The translations under genes were made by a program, and so were the position numbers. Positions 43,018 to 51,530 of a stretch of DNA of 64,000 bases are shown here, piece after piece (the stretch's first letter is position 1; each line of letters begins with the position of its first letter). Source of the DNA: Synechococcus sp. Its GTDB lineage: Bacteria; Cyanobacteriota; Cyanobacteriia; PCC-6307; Cyanobiaceae. Location: NCBI GenBank assembly GCA_047285305.1, contig JBJBDL010000003.1, positions 1,280,001-1,344,000 on the forward strand. The letters are read 5' to 3'. The notes under the pieces were generated by a model. It was not told where the DNA came from and made no database searches. It saw only the letters and a list, made by a program, of their open reading frames with translations.

Positions 43018-43093
43018 CTTAATGAAGTACTTAATGAAGTTTTTTTGAGACCTGATTCTGATTGTTGAGTTGTCATGTAACGGAACGTTCCGT
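43018..43093 (+). promoter_or_regulatory. psbA upstream region with a direct repeat and a palindrome
   Basis: CTTAATGAAGT twice (43018-43028, 43030-43040); perfect palindrome ACGGAACGTTCCGT at 43080-43093. Confidence 0.5.
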
Positions 43094-43155
43094 CCATAAA
43101 CTTGATCCACCTGTCCCTTTTTTTGGGGAGAGGTTCATCCGTCTTCTTTCCTTCT

Positions 43156-44232
43156 ATGTCCACCGCAATTCGCAGCGGACGCCAGAGCAATTGGGAAGCC
43201 TTTTGTCAGTGGGTGACCGACACCAATAACCGCATCTATGTGGGTTGGTTCGGCGTGCTGATGATTCCCTGCCTACTGGCGGCCACTATCTGCTTCACCA
43301 TTGCCTTTATCGCCGCTCCCCCGGTTGATATCGATGGCATCCGCGAGCCCGTCGCTGGCTCCCTGATCTACGGCAACAACATCATTTCCGGTGCTGTTAT
43401 TCCGTCTTCAAACGCCATTGGCCTGCACTTTTACCCCATCTGGGAAGCTGCTTCCCTCGATGAGTGGCTGTACAACGGCGGCCCTTATCAGTTGGTCTGC
43501 TTCCACTTCCTGATCGGCATTTCCGCCTACATGGGTCGTCAGTGGGAGCTCTCCTACCGCCTGGGCATGCGCCCTTGGATCTGCGTCGCTTACAGCGCTC
43601 CGCTGTCTGCAGCGATGGCTGTTTTCCTGGTTTACCCCTTCGGTCAGGGTTCCTTCTCTGATGGCATGCCCCTGGGCATCTCTGGCACCTTCAACTTCAT
43701 GTTGGTGTTCCAGGCCGAGCACAACATCCTGATGCACCCCTTCCACATGTTGGGCGTCGCAGGTGTTTTCGGCGGCAGCCTGTTCTCTGCCATGCACGGC
43801 TCCCTGGTGACCTCCTCCTTGGTGCGTGAAACCACCGAGGCCGAGTCCCAGAACTACGGCTACAAGTTCGGCCAAGAGGAAGAGACCTACAACATCGTGG
43901 CTGCCCACGGTTACTTCGGTCGCCTGATCTTCCAATACGCCTCCTTCAACAACAGCCGTAGCCTTCACTTCTTCCTGGGCGCCTGGCCTGTTGTCGGCAT
44001 CTGGTTCACGTCCATGGGCATCAGCACCATGGCCTTCAACCTGAACGGCTTCAACTTCAACCAGTCCATTCTGGATAGTCAGGGCCGCGTCCTGAACACC
44101 TGGGCTGATGTGCTGAACCGTGCCAACCTCGGCATGGAAGTGCAGCACGAGCGCAACGCTCACAACTTCCCCCTCGACCTGGCTGCTGCTGAGTCCACTC
44201 CTGTGGCTCTGCAGGCTCCTGCCATCGGTTGA
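43156..44232 (+). CDS. psbA: Photosystem II D1 protein, Q130 (D1:1-type) isoform
   Basis: [47 protein letters not shown]. Confidence 0.98.
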   Translation: MSTAIRSGRQSNWEAFCQWVTDTNNRIYVGWFGVLMIPCLLAATICFTIAFIAAPPVDIDGIREPVAGSLIYGNNIISGAVIPSSNAIGLHFYPIWEAASLDEWLYNGGPYQLVCFHFLIGISAYMGRQWELSYRLGMRPWICVAYSAPLSAAMAVFLVYPFGQGSFSDGMPLGISGTFNFMLVFQAEHNILMHPFHMLGVAGVFGGSLFSAMHGSLVTSSLVRETTEAESQNYGYKFGQEEETYNIVAAHGYFGRLIFQYASFNNSRSLHFFLGAWPVVGIWFTSMGISTMAFNLNGFNFNQSILDSQGRVLNTWADVLNRANLGMEVQHERNAHNFPLDLAAAESTPVALQAPAIG

Positions 44233-44289
44233 TCTGGAATCAACCTGTTCCATTCGGAACAGCAAAAACGATTCAGATCAACTGAATCG

Positions 44290-44320
44290 GAAAGCCCCCT
44301 CCTCGGAGGGGGCTTTTGTT
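44290..44320 (+). terminator. psbA terminator
   Basis: AAGCCCCCTCC-tc-GGAGGGGGCTT followed by a T-run. Confidence 0.85.
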
Positions 44321-44351
44321 GTTGTGTTCGCTGGGGAGGTTGGGCGGCGCA

Positions 44352-44606
44352 TCAGGCCCCTTCAGGGCACCAGGCGATCTGCCTCTCCAGCCGTTGCATC
44401 CATTGATGGCAGCGGTGTGTGAGGTGTGCTCCCTGGGGGATGCGCTGTTGGTGGTGTGCGCAGGCTGGCTGGGTGACCCCCGCTTCAGCAAGGGTGTGCT
44501 GAAAGTGCTGGCAGGTGAGGCACACCATGAGGGACCGGCTGGGTCGGAGCTGCCCTGATCCCATCAGTGGCCAGTCGCTTGGCGGCGGAGCGTTGATGGC
44601 GCCCAT
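44352..44606 (-). CDS. Small Cys/His-rich hypothetical protein
   Basis: VCLTCQHF..C..HQ..IPQG.HLT..C..W..WCPE, a likely metal-binding pattern. Confidence 0.75.
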   Translation of the reverse strand: MGAINAPPPSDWPLMGSGQLRPSRSLMVCLTCQHFQHTLAEAGVTQPACAHHQQRIPQGAHLTHRCHQWMQRLERQIAWCPEGA

Positions 44607-44617
44607 GCTTGTTCTAT

Positions 44618-44633
44618 TGGTAATTATGTACTA
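44618..44633. promoter_or_regulatory. Possible cyanobacterial LexA box
   Basis: TGGTAAT-TA-TGTACTA versus TAGTACA-N2-TGTACTA (one half-site perfect), between divergent genes. Confidence 0.45.
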
Positions 44634-44680
44634 CCTGTTGTTCTGTCGGTTGTCAACGTGGCGTTGGGGAGAATGGATCC

Positions 44681-44878
44681 ATGAGTGAGCCTCGCCCCAC
44701 CCTCCAGTTCGATCTGGACCTAGAAGCTGTTCGCCTGCTCCACCGCTCGGTGAGCTTTCACCTTGAGAAATGGCCCGGGGGGCCAGATCCCAGAGAGCAG
44801 GAGGCCCTGCAGTCGATGAAGACCTTGCTCACGGCAGCGTTGCTTGAGTTCAGCCTTGACCAAGACGGTCAGCGCTGA
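44681..44878 (+). CDS. Small conserved hypothetical protein
   Basis: AVRLLHRSV.FHLEKWPGGPDP.EQ..L..MK..L. Confidence 0.75.
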   Translation: MSEPRPTLQFDLDLEAVRLLHRSVSFHLEKWPGGPDPREQEALQSMKTLLTAALLEFSLDQDGQR

Positions 44879-45219
44879 AACCTGCTCCCTGCACGGCTGA
44901 GCAGGGAAGCAGCGACAGCGCTGCGTTGGCCGCTGTACAACGCATTGAGTCGGTTCAGGCCTGGCTGGACTGCATCGCCACCTGTTGCATTAACGATGGA
45001 AGAGAACTGGGCTCCAGCAGCTTTGGTTCCTGCGTCGTTCTCTTAAGCCGTTGTCCCCGTGGGTTGGTTGATTGCCCTTGCCATCGTCGTGGTGCTGTCC
45101 TGGCTGGGATGGCGTTGGAATCAGCTCGAATGTGCTGAAAGCCGCTCCGTCAGCGGCCGTTTGGTGAAGCGGATGCGTCGTCATTCGCGGCGACGCAAGC
45201 ACCATCACTAGGCCTTCAA

Positions 45220-45402
45220 TCAGGCCATGGGCATGCGACAACCCAGTTGAATCGTGCCTTCGTCGATCAACCGGCCGAGCCGTTGGGCGACAGCCTCTTC
45301 AGTTCGTGTGAAGTGATCCTGGCGGGCGGTCACCCACGCCATCTCACCGTTGGTGATCACGCCGGTGGACATGGCTTCGAGAAAGAGTTCGCCGAGTGTC
45401 AT
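45220..45402 (-). CDS. Small hypothetical protein (paralog of 48648-48818)
   Basis: Ungapped similarity to 48648-48818. Confidence 0.75.
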   Translation of the reverse strand: MTLGELFLEAMSTGVITNGEMAWVTARQDHFTRTEEAVAQRLGRLIDEGTIQLGCRMPMA

Positions 45403-45469
45403 GACACTTGTGCCGTTGGGATCACGTTGATGGGACTCCCAAGGGGGGGCATGACCTGCTCACCTTTCT

Positions 45470-46045
45470 TCATGGCAAGGCATCAAGAATGGTTTGGAGG
45501 GCCCGGTTGATCTGATCGCTGAGCTGGGGGCCGGCGGGATTGAGGCGGATCAAGCTTGTGAATCGTTCGCTGAGGTCGGGCCTGTTGGGGGGGCTGTTCA
45601 GGCTCAGGTGCATCGCACGAATCACGGCCTCTGGAACGCACCGTTGGCGGCTGCGGTTCCAGACCAGGCACTGCTCCAACGGAGTCTGCAACCACCAGCC
45701 GGTCCATGGCAGGTGCTGGCCCCCCATGCTGCGCTGCATCAACCCCTGGCGCCAGTTGAGTTGCGCATGGGTTGCATCCACCAGCACGTTGTCGCCATCG
45801 GCGATGGCGCGGTCGATGGCGCCATGCAGATGCGGTTCCAATTCAGACCAAGGACCCTGCACATTCGCATCTCCCCACAGTTGTTCCCTCAGAACGTCAT
45901 TGGCGATCACCCGTGCAGGGAGCAGCGGAGCGAGGATCGCCGCGAGGGTGGACTTGCCGCTGCCCGGGGGGCCGATCAACAGATGGCCCTGGGGCCGTGG
46001 TTCAGGCAACGAAGCGTTTGTAGAGCCAGCGCACCAGTCCACCAA
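45470..46045 (-). CDS. AAA_33-type P-loop kinase
   Basis: IGPPGSGKST, LVDATH, W.QTPLEQC..WN..R.R.VPEAVI; start uncertain. Confidence 0.8.
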   Translation of the reverse strand: MVDWCAGSTNASLPEPRPQGHLLIGPPGSGKSTLAAILAPLLPARVIANDVLREQLWGDANVQGPWSELEPHLHGAIDRAIADGDNVLVDATHAQLNWRQGLMQRSMGGQHLPWTGWWLQTPLEQCLVWNRSRQRCVPEAVIRAMHLSLNSPPNRPDLSERFTSLIRLNPAGPQLSDQINRALQTILDALP

Positions 46046-46448
46046 TCACGGGCACTGGAGCAAACGTGGGGCCGACGAAATCGAAATAATCGCGGTGGTC
46101 CCCGATCTTTCCATCTGGATTGAAGCGGAGTCGGGTCGCCCCGGGATAGATGAACTCAATCCCTTTGATCTTGAGGCCCATGCGCCATTCAACAAAGGCT
46201 GTTTCACCGTTCACCACCACCGATTCCGTTTCCAGGAACACGTCATCACAGCGCTGCATGAGACCGTCCTGGGCAAGGATGTAGGCGTCAATGCCCTGCC
46301 GTTCCTGGGTTGGATCGGTGAAATGCACGTCACTGGCATAGACGGATTCCCACTGCGCAGCTGTGGGGCCTGGCGTGCCGTAGGGCTTGGTGAACAGGGC
46401 ACGGATCTGTTCTGCGTCCAGCGGAGGATGAAGCATGGGTGTTGTCAT
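46002..46448 (-). CDS. NTF2/SnoaL-like domain protein
   Basis: Y..DVHF.DP....QG, F..DGKI..HRDYFD. Confidence 0.88.
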   Translation of the reverse strand: MTTPMLHPPLDAEQIRALFTKPYGTPGPTAAQWESVYASDVHFTDPTQERQGIDAYILAQDGLMQRCDDVFLETESVVVNGETAFVEWRMGLKIKGIEFIYPGATRLRFNPDGKIGDHRDYFDFVGPTFAPVPVIGGLVRWLYKRFVA

Positions 46449-46553
46449 CAGAAGTCGGCGCCCACCTGAGTTGTCATGGTCTCGGCCCAGCTCACGCTGG
46501 GAACCAGGCCGAGGCCGAGAAGTCCAGCTGTGGCAAGGAATCGATGCATGGCG

Positions 46554-46679
46554 TCAGTTGAAAAACCCCTTGGACTGAAGCCAGAGGCCGATGGCGACCA
46601 GGGGCCCGAAGCCGGCGATCAACACCGTGATCTTGAGGCGCAGCGGTGACACCTGGGGTTTGGTCTCTCGAAGAGCCAT
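46554..46679 (-). CDS. 41-aa single-TM protein
   Basis: MALRETKPQVSPLRLKITVLIAGFGPLVAIGLWLQSKGFFN*, read manually (below the ORF cutoff). Confidence 0.6.
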   Translation of the reverse strand: MALRETKPQVSPLRLKITVLIAGFGPLVAIGLWLQSKGFFN

Positions 46680-46731
46680 GGCAAGGCACGAAGGCAAGTG
46701 AACCTAAACGCTGTGCTGCGTTCGTGCCTGT

Positions 46732-47028
46732 TCAGAGCTCGTACTCCTCTTCAAACTGCTCAATCAAGCCCTTGTAAAGCGCCAGAAGACCCTCGGTTTC
46801 TTCGCAGAATCCGTCCGTTGTGTACTTCGCGATCAGATTGACCACGGCGCTGCGGATTTGCATGAAGGCGCTGAGGTACTCACCCTGGATGTCTTCATCG
46901 CGGATGTCGTTAATCAGCGCGCCCACCAGCTCAATCTTGCGCTTGGCAGCGGCCATCTCCGCTTCCATCTCTTTGTTGAGCTTGCGGCGTTTCTTCGGCA
47001 TCCCCTCAACCGGTTCAATCAGCGACAT
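46732..47028 (-). CDS. Conserved hypothetical protein
   Basis: RKIEL..ALINDIRDEDIQGEYL, KY.TDGFCEETEGLLALY. Confidence 0.75.
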   Translation of the reverse strand: MSLIEPVEGMPKKRRKLNKEMEAEMAAAKRKIELVGALINDIRDEDIQGEYLSAFMQIRSAVVNLIAKYTTDGFCEETEGLLALYKGLIEQFEEEYEL

Positions 47029-47098
47029 TACGAGAGCCGCAGGCCTTCCTCGTTCGAGCGACTTCTCCTAGCGTCGGGTTCGCTCGACCCATGGCCTT

Positions 47099-47329
47099 GT
47101 GAATCGGACCTTCCGCGGTGTTGCTTACGTGTCCGTTTGGGTGGTGATCTGGGGAACGGTGGCGTCCTTGATGGATTGGATGTTGCTGACGGGTGAGGTC
47201 TACGAAACTGCCAGCTCTGGTCAGGCGGTGACGTTCATCGCCTACGGGGCTGCAACAGTGGTGTTGGCCACGCGGTTTTCGGGGCGTTTCCTTGCAGACG
47301 CTGATTCAGAGGCTGCGGATCAGGAGTGA
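47099..47329 (+). CDS. Small two-TM hypothetical protein
   Basis: YVSVWVVIWGTVASL.D and F.AYG. Confidence 0.7.
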   Translation: MNRTFRGVAYVSVWVVIWGTVASLMDWMLLTGEVYETASSGQAVTFIAYGAATVVLATRFSGRFLADADSEAADQE

Positions 47330-48076
47330 TCCGCCCATCAGCAGCGCCAAGATCTCGAAGGCTTGTTTGACCAGGCGGCTTCCTTTCATCAGGGAGTAGT
47401 GGGCCCCCAGGAAGCCTCCGATCAGCGAACCAAGAACCAGCGGTGGAAGCCAGTCCCAACGGATTTCACCGCTCAAACCCAGCACCAGTGCACCGGTGCC
47501 ATTCCACCCCAGGCCTACCAGCACCAGGGTGTGGGCAACGGCTCTGGTGTAGCTCAGCCCAAACCAGCGCACCAGCCACAGGGTGACGAACAGCCCCGTG
47601 CCTGAGGTGAGGGAACCGTTGAGAACGCCAATGATGAACAGCCCGCAACTACCAAGCCCAACGGTGTGGGCTGTCAGCGGGTAGGGCTGGTCTGTCGTCC
47701 CCAGATCCGGTTTCCGAGCCGAATAAACCCCTAGCCCCAGGGTCAGCAGCCCAAGGCTCGTGGTGGCCACTTGATCGGGCAGCGCAAGAACCATGCTGGC
47801 TCCCACAAACACACCTGGAAGACCGGCAGCCAACACCAGCGCCGAGCGTTTCAGGTCGAGACTGCTGGCACGCCAATGACGCCCACTCGCTCCTAGGCCA
47901 AGCGCAACACTAGCCACCTTGTGGGTTGCCAATGCCATGGAGAAAGGAAGCCCCAGAAGGATGAGTGCGGGCAGTTGCACCAGTCCTGCTCCCCCTCCCG
48001 CTAAAGCCGAGAGGGCATTGGCGCCAATGGCAATGCCCATCAGGGCGATTTGCATCAGCAGTTCGGACACACTCAA
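47306..48076 (-). CDS. TauE/SafE (TSUP) family transporter
   Basis: AGGGAGLVQLP, ALATHK, G.LNG...SGTG.F; about eight TM segments. Confidence 0.88.
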   Translation of the reverse strand: MSVSELLMQIALMGIAIGANALSALAGGGAGLVQLPALILLGLPFSMALATHKVASVALGLGASGRHWRASSLDLKRSALVLAAGLPGVFVGASMVLALPDQVATTSLGLLTLGLGVYSARKPDLGTTDQPYPLTAHTVGLGSCGLFIIGVLNGSLTSGTGLFVTLWLVRWFGLSYTRAVAHTLVLVGLGWNGTGALVLGLSGEIRWDWLPPLVLGSLIGGFLGAHYSLMKGSRLVKQAFEILALLMGGSLLIRSL

Positions 48077-48570
48077 TCTCGTGTCAGGAAGGCGATGGGA
48101 ACTGAAAAGGTGATGATTCGGTGGGGATCCCCCGGGAGAATGGCCACACAGGCCACTTCACGATCAGCGTGAGCCTCGCGGGACTGCACCACAAACGCTG
48201 TGGCGTCTTCGATGCTCCACATCGGGGCATCACCACAACGGCGTTCATCTTTGTAGGCCTGCCAGACCTCGCAGAACGCTTCCCTATCCTCACCACTTTT
48301 CATTTCCGTCAGCGCCTGTTCCAGGCCCACGTCTTCGAACCGTTCGAACAGGCGCACCATCAACGGGTGGGCAATGGTGGATGAGGCCTTCAGGGTTGAG
48401 TTGATCGTGCCGATGGTACTCACCATCAGCTTTGGTTTGGTGCGTCGTGCATCGATCACTCCCACAGGCAGATTGAGATCCCAGCTTGGGTGTCCGCTGA
48501 CGGCACAGGCCAGATCGAACAGCCCCAAGCTGCATTGCTTGATCAGGCTCTGAACGGTCTCTCGATCCAT
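48073..48570 (-). CDS. Conserved hypothetical protein
   Basis: 165 aa, coupled to the TauE gene; GLFDLACAVSG, GTINS, REVAC.AI. Confidence 0.7.
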   Translation of the reverse strand: MDRETVQSLIKQCSLGLFDLACAVSGHPSWDLNLPVGVIDARRTKPKLMVSTIGTINSTLKASSTIAHPLMVRLFERFEDVGLEQALTEMKSGEDREAFCEVWQAYKDERRCGDAPMWSIEDATAFVVQSREAHADREVACVAILPGDPHRIITFSVPIAFLTRD

Positions 48571-48647
48571 AGCTCAGTTCCGCGTGGCCCGATTCACCGT
48601 TTGCGTTCCAGTGTTGCCAGGATGGCCGCCGGTTGATGCCGATGTGG

Positions 48648-48818
48648 ATGTCCCTGGTTCAGATCTACCTTGATGCAGTCACCCACCAGGTGATCACCAG
48701 TGAAGAGCTTGCCTATGTGGCCGGCCATCAGGAGCAATTTGATCGAACCGAACAGAAACTCACTGCACGGCTTGAACAGTTGATTGGCGCAGGGAATATC
48801 AGTGTTGGAACGCGTTGA
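48648..48818 (+). CDS. Small hypothetical protein (paralog of 45220-45402)
   Basis: MSLVQIYLDAVTHQVITSEELAYV...FDRTEQ...RL. Confidence 0.7.
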   Translation: MSLVQIYLDAVTHQVITSEELAYVAGHQEQFDRTEQKLTARLEQLIGAGNISVGTR

Positions 48819-48965
48819 TTATCCGAACAAAAAGCGTTGAAGCCGTTTCAGTAATTGGCGCAGGGGCTTTTTGTCACGGCTAAAAATCTGCCGCTCATCT
48901 GACAGCATCGCGCGACTCATCCGATCTGCGCTTCTGATAGGCGGGAAAGGCTGTCCCGTCAACCT

Positions 48966-49124
48966 TCACGGCAGGGCAACCACCCCCGACCAACTCTGCA
49001 GAACGTCAGGTGCGCCTTGGGTTAGGGCGGCAACAGCAGTGGCTGAGCCAATTCCGATTCCCACCACAACGCCTACGGCGAAGACAAGCAGCCCCGTCAG
49101 AACGCTGCGTTCGGAAAATTGCAT
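48966..49124 (-). CDS. Small TM hypothetical protein
   Basis: MQFSERSVLTGLLVFAVGVVVGIGIGSA...LQSWSGVVALP. Confidence 0.6.
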   Translation of the reverse strand: MQFSERSVLTGLLVFAVGVVVGIGIGSATAVAALTQGAPDVLQSWSGVVALP

Positions 49125-49311
49125 CCACTCAACATCAGCCAACCCGACTTTCCTGCGGCCATCGTCCAATGGCCACTGTGGTGTCACAGGACGTGATGGG
49201 GCCCGGAGCAGATCTGTTGTGTGGTTTCGGCCACAAAGGTAGATCTACCGACTGATCGATCGGGGTGGTCTTCGCTAACAACCGAATGTCAGCCAGATGA
49301 CAGTTTCAGTC

Positions 49312-49530
49312 ATGAAAACGATTGACGAGCACATTCAGAAGGACCAGGAGGAGTTCCTTAAGGCCCTGTCTGAGCACAACGAAGGCAAGGTGCGTCATCT
49401 AACGGAGGAGCTGCAGTGGCTGTTGGATCACAAGAAGGAATTTCCTGATGATCCCCATGACCCCTCACCCCTTGAGCTGTTCTGCGAGCAGAACCCCGAT
49501 GAGCCCGAGTGCCTGGTCTACGACGACTGA
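49312..49530 (+). CDS. cp12: CP12 domain protein (marine type, only the C-terminal Cys pair)
   Basis: C-terminal PLELFCEQNPDEPECLVYDD; N-terminal KVRHL.EEL, no N-terminal Cys pair or AWD-VEEL. Confidence 0.9.
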   Translation: MKTIDEHIQKDQEEFLKALSEHNEGKVRHLTEELQWLLDHKKEFPDDPHDPSPLELFCEQNPDEPECLVYDD

Positions 49531-49609
49531 GTAGAAGTACCCATTCCTTGCTCCGCCCTGGCGCGAAGCCGCGTTGCTACACGCAACTTATTTAAGTTGT
49601 GTGTAGTCG

Positions 49610-50125
49610 ATGTGTTCTGTGGTGATTCGCGCCATTCTGACCCGCCCCATTGCTGGCGATCTCGGTCTGCTCCTGCTTCGGGTGTTCACCGGCGCGCTGC
49701 TGATTCACCACGGTTACGAAAAGCTCGCCAATATCGAGAATTTTGCAGATGCATTCGTTCGCCCTCTGCATCTGCCCTTCCCGATCCTTCTCTCCTACGT
49801 CGCAGCGTTCTCGGAGGTGATCGGCAGCTGGCTGTTGATTACTGGCTTGCTGACGCGGATGGGAGCCTTGGCAGTCGCCGGGACCATCTCCGTCGCCATT
49901 TATCACGCCATCGTCACAGCGGGCTTCAACATCTATCTTTTGGAGCTTCTTGGCCTTTATTTCGCGGCTGCCGTGGCCGTTCTCGCCTGCGGCCCAGGTG
50001 TCTTTTCCATTGACGAGCTCATCGCCCGCCGCCTTGAGCCCGACATGCAGTTTTCCGCTGCGGAAGACACGGATTTCGCCGCTGGCGAAGTTGCTGTTCT
50101 GGAAGAAGCCGTGGCCAGCCGCTGA
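49610..50125 (+). CDS. DoxX family membrane protein
   Basis: LLLLRVF.G..LI.HGYEKL, E..G..L...GLLTR, GPG.FSID. Confidence 0.9.
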   Translation: MCSVVIRAILTRPIAGDLGLLLLRVFTGALLIHHGYEKLANIENFADAFVRPLHLPFPILLSYVAAFSEVIGSWLLITGLLTRMGALAVAGTISVAIYHAIVTAGFNIYLLELLGLYFAAAVAVLACGPGVFSIDELIARRLEPDMQFSAAEDTDFAAGEVAVLEEAVASR

Positions 50126-50145
50126 ACACCAGCGTGATCAGATTC

Positions 50146-50174
50146 AAAAGCCCCGCCATCGCGGGGCTTTTTTT
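50146..50174 (+). terminator. Rho-independent terminator
   Basis: AAAAGCCCCGC-catc-GCGGGGCTTTTTTT. Confidence 0.85.
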
Positions 50175-50233
50175 ATGGCTGGCGACGGTATGGGTGAAAG
50201 ACGCGTCAGAATCAGCACAGTTGGATCAACGCG

Positions 50234-50389
50234 ATGAAAGAGGTCAGCCTGCTCGAGATGATTGGCCGTTCTCTGGCAAAGGTTGCAGCAGGGGCTGGCG
50301 TTGCAGCAGTGCTGATTTGGCTCACCTACGTGATGCTTGATGTTGGTCATATGCAGTCGGGCTTCACCCTGCCCCAATCCAGTTACTGA
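50234..50389 (+). CDS. 51-aa single-TM protein
   Basis: MKEVSLLEMIGRSLAKVAAGAGVAAVLIWLTYVMLDVGHMQSGFTLPQSSY*, read manually. Confidence 0.65.
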   Translation: MKEVSLLEMIGRSLAKVAAGAGVAAVLIWLTYVMLDVGHMQSGFTLPQSSY

Positions 50390-50395
50390 ACTCAG

Positions 50396-50581
50396 ATGCA
50401 GTGGAATGATCTTGAATCTCCGGTTCTGATCATTGCTTCGCTGTTGATTGTTCTGCAGGTTTGTTGGATTGGAGCTGTGCTTCGGCGCAACCAACGCAGG
50501 CGCTTGGGGGACCCCCTCAGCACCACAGCATTTCAACGTGAACTCCAGCGAATTTTCTCAAGAGCGAACGGACTGTCCTGA
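50396..50581 (+). CDS. Small single-TM protein
   Basis: TM helix, then RRNQRRR..PLS..AF.RELQRIF. Confidence 0.65.
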   Translation: MQWNDLESPVLIIASLLIVLQVCWIGAVLRRNQRRRLGDPLSTTAFQRELQRIFSRANGLS

Positions 50582-50584
50582 GCC

Positions 50585-50881
50585 ATGAAGCAACTTCCAG
50601 GTCAACAGAGCAGAACCCTGCCGCGATGGCTGAAGACGGTCATGGCAGGTGCAATCACCGTGATGGCCACCATTTGGCTGGTGTCGTTGCTCCCCTTTCT
50701 GCTTCTCGCAGCCCTGGTGCTTTCAATCGCGCTCATCCCAATCACCCGTCGGCTGCGACGGGAGATGGAAGCGGCTGGATTCAGTGTTGATCAACCCAGG
50801 TCGAATGTTCAGCGCCCTGATCTCAACATCACCCCCTGGCACCGACAGATTCGCAATCTCTGGAGAGACTTCAGCTCTTGA
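50585..50881 (+). CDS. Small membrane protein
   Basis: Hydrophobic core, C-terminal DLNITPWHRQ; operonic spacing. Confidence 0.65.
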   Translation: MKQLPGQQSRTLPRWLKTVMAGAITVMATIWLVSLLPFLLLAALVLSIALIPITRRLRREMEAAGFSVDQPRSNVQRPDLNITPWHRQIRNLWRDFSS

Positions 50882-51527
50882 ACAGGTCGTTAGCCATTGA
50901 GCGATAACGACCAAGAGAACTGCCTGCGCGACGATACTTTGTGGGCACACTTTGTCCCGGCAACAGGTTCAACGGAGCGAAATTCACCAACGTCAGCTCT
51001 GGGCGCTGCTCCTGTTCGGCTGCCAGCAATTCGGCAATGGCTTCTGCTGTGGTTTGTGCGGGAGCTGCGCTCTCCGAAACAGCTTCGGTGGTCTCCACCG
51101 GCTCGGTCTTGAGAGATGTTTTGGCATTGGAGGTGCCGAGGGGCCACAGAAAAACCAGACTCAGCAAAAGAGCAACAGCGGCCGTGAGGGTGCCGGTGAG
51201 TCCAAAGGCCAAACCCTGAAAGTTCCACAGCAACCCGGAACCCGCCATGCCGAAGGTGCCGAGGATTGCCAGCATCAGGCCGAGGAAGGATGCCTGTGGT
51301 GCCTTGAATTTGAGCGGTTGGCTGGCATCAGGGACTTCAACGGGTGAAAGTCGTGGTTCTGGCCGAAGCAGAACAAAGCTGATTCCCAGCAGAACCAATG
51401 CCGTAACCGTGCTGCCAAGCCCCAGGGTGCGGCCCTGAAAATTCCAAAGCAAACCACCGCCGGCAAGACCTGAAACTCCGAGGGTTGCCAATGCAAGTCC
51501 GCTCAAGAAAGGAAGACGATTGCGCAT
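50871..51527 (-). CDS. Membrane protein with an internal tandem duplication
   Basis: Two copies of G..G.AG.GLLWNFQG...GL; C-terminal TTAEAIA..L...NFAP..L.PG..RR.G.SL..YR.MA. Confidence 0.75.
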   Translation of the reverse strand: MRNRLPFLSGLALATLGVSGLAGGGLLWNFQGRTLGLGSTVTALVLLGISFVLLRPEPRLSPVEVPDASQPLKFKAPQASFLGLMLAILGTFGMAGSGLLWNFQGLAFGLTGTLTAAVALLLSLVFLWPLGTSNAKTSLKTEPVETTEAVSESAAPAQTTAEAIAELLAAEQEQRPELTLVNFAPLNLLPGQSVPTKYRRAGSSLGRYRSMANDLFKS

Positions 51528-51530
51528 GGC

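Noticed and set aside
43156..44232. Rogue, sentinel or chlorophyll f synthase D1
   Set aside because: All Mn4CaO5 ligands and the Yz/H190 pair are intact
43408..44265. 285-aa ORF antisense to psbA
   Set aside because: Artefact of biased codon usage in psbA
44926..45138. Cys-rich 70-aa ORF (WLDCIATCCINDG)
   Set aside because: TTG start and weak support; may be a decayed small gene but cannot be confirmed
46448..46549. 33-aa ORF that looks like a lone signal peptide
   Set aside because: Possible gene remnant, too short to support
48783..48865. 12-bp direct repeat ATTGGCGCAGGG
   Set aside because: Only two copies, one inside a CDS; not CRISPR-like and no mobile element between them
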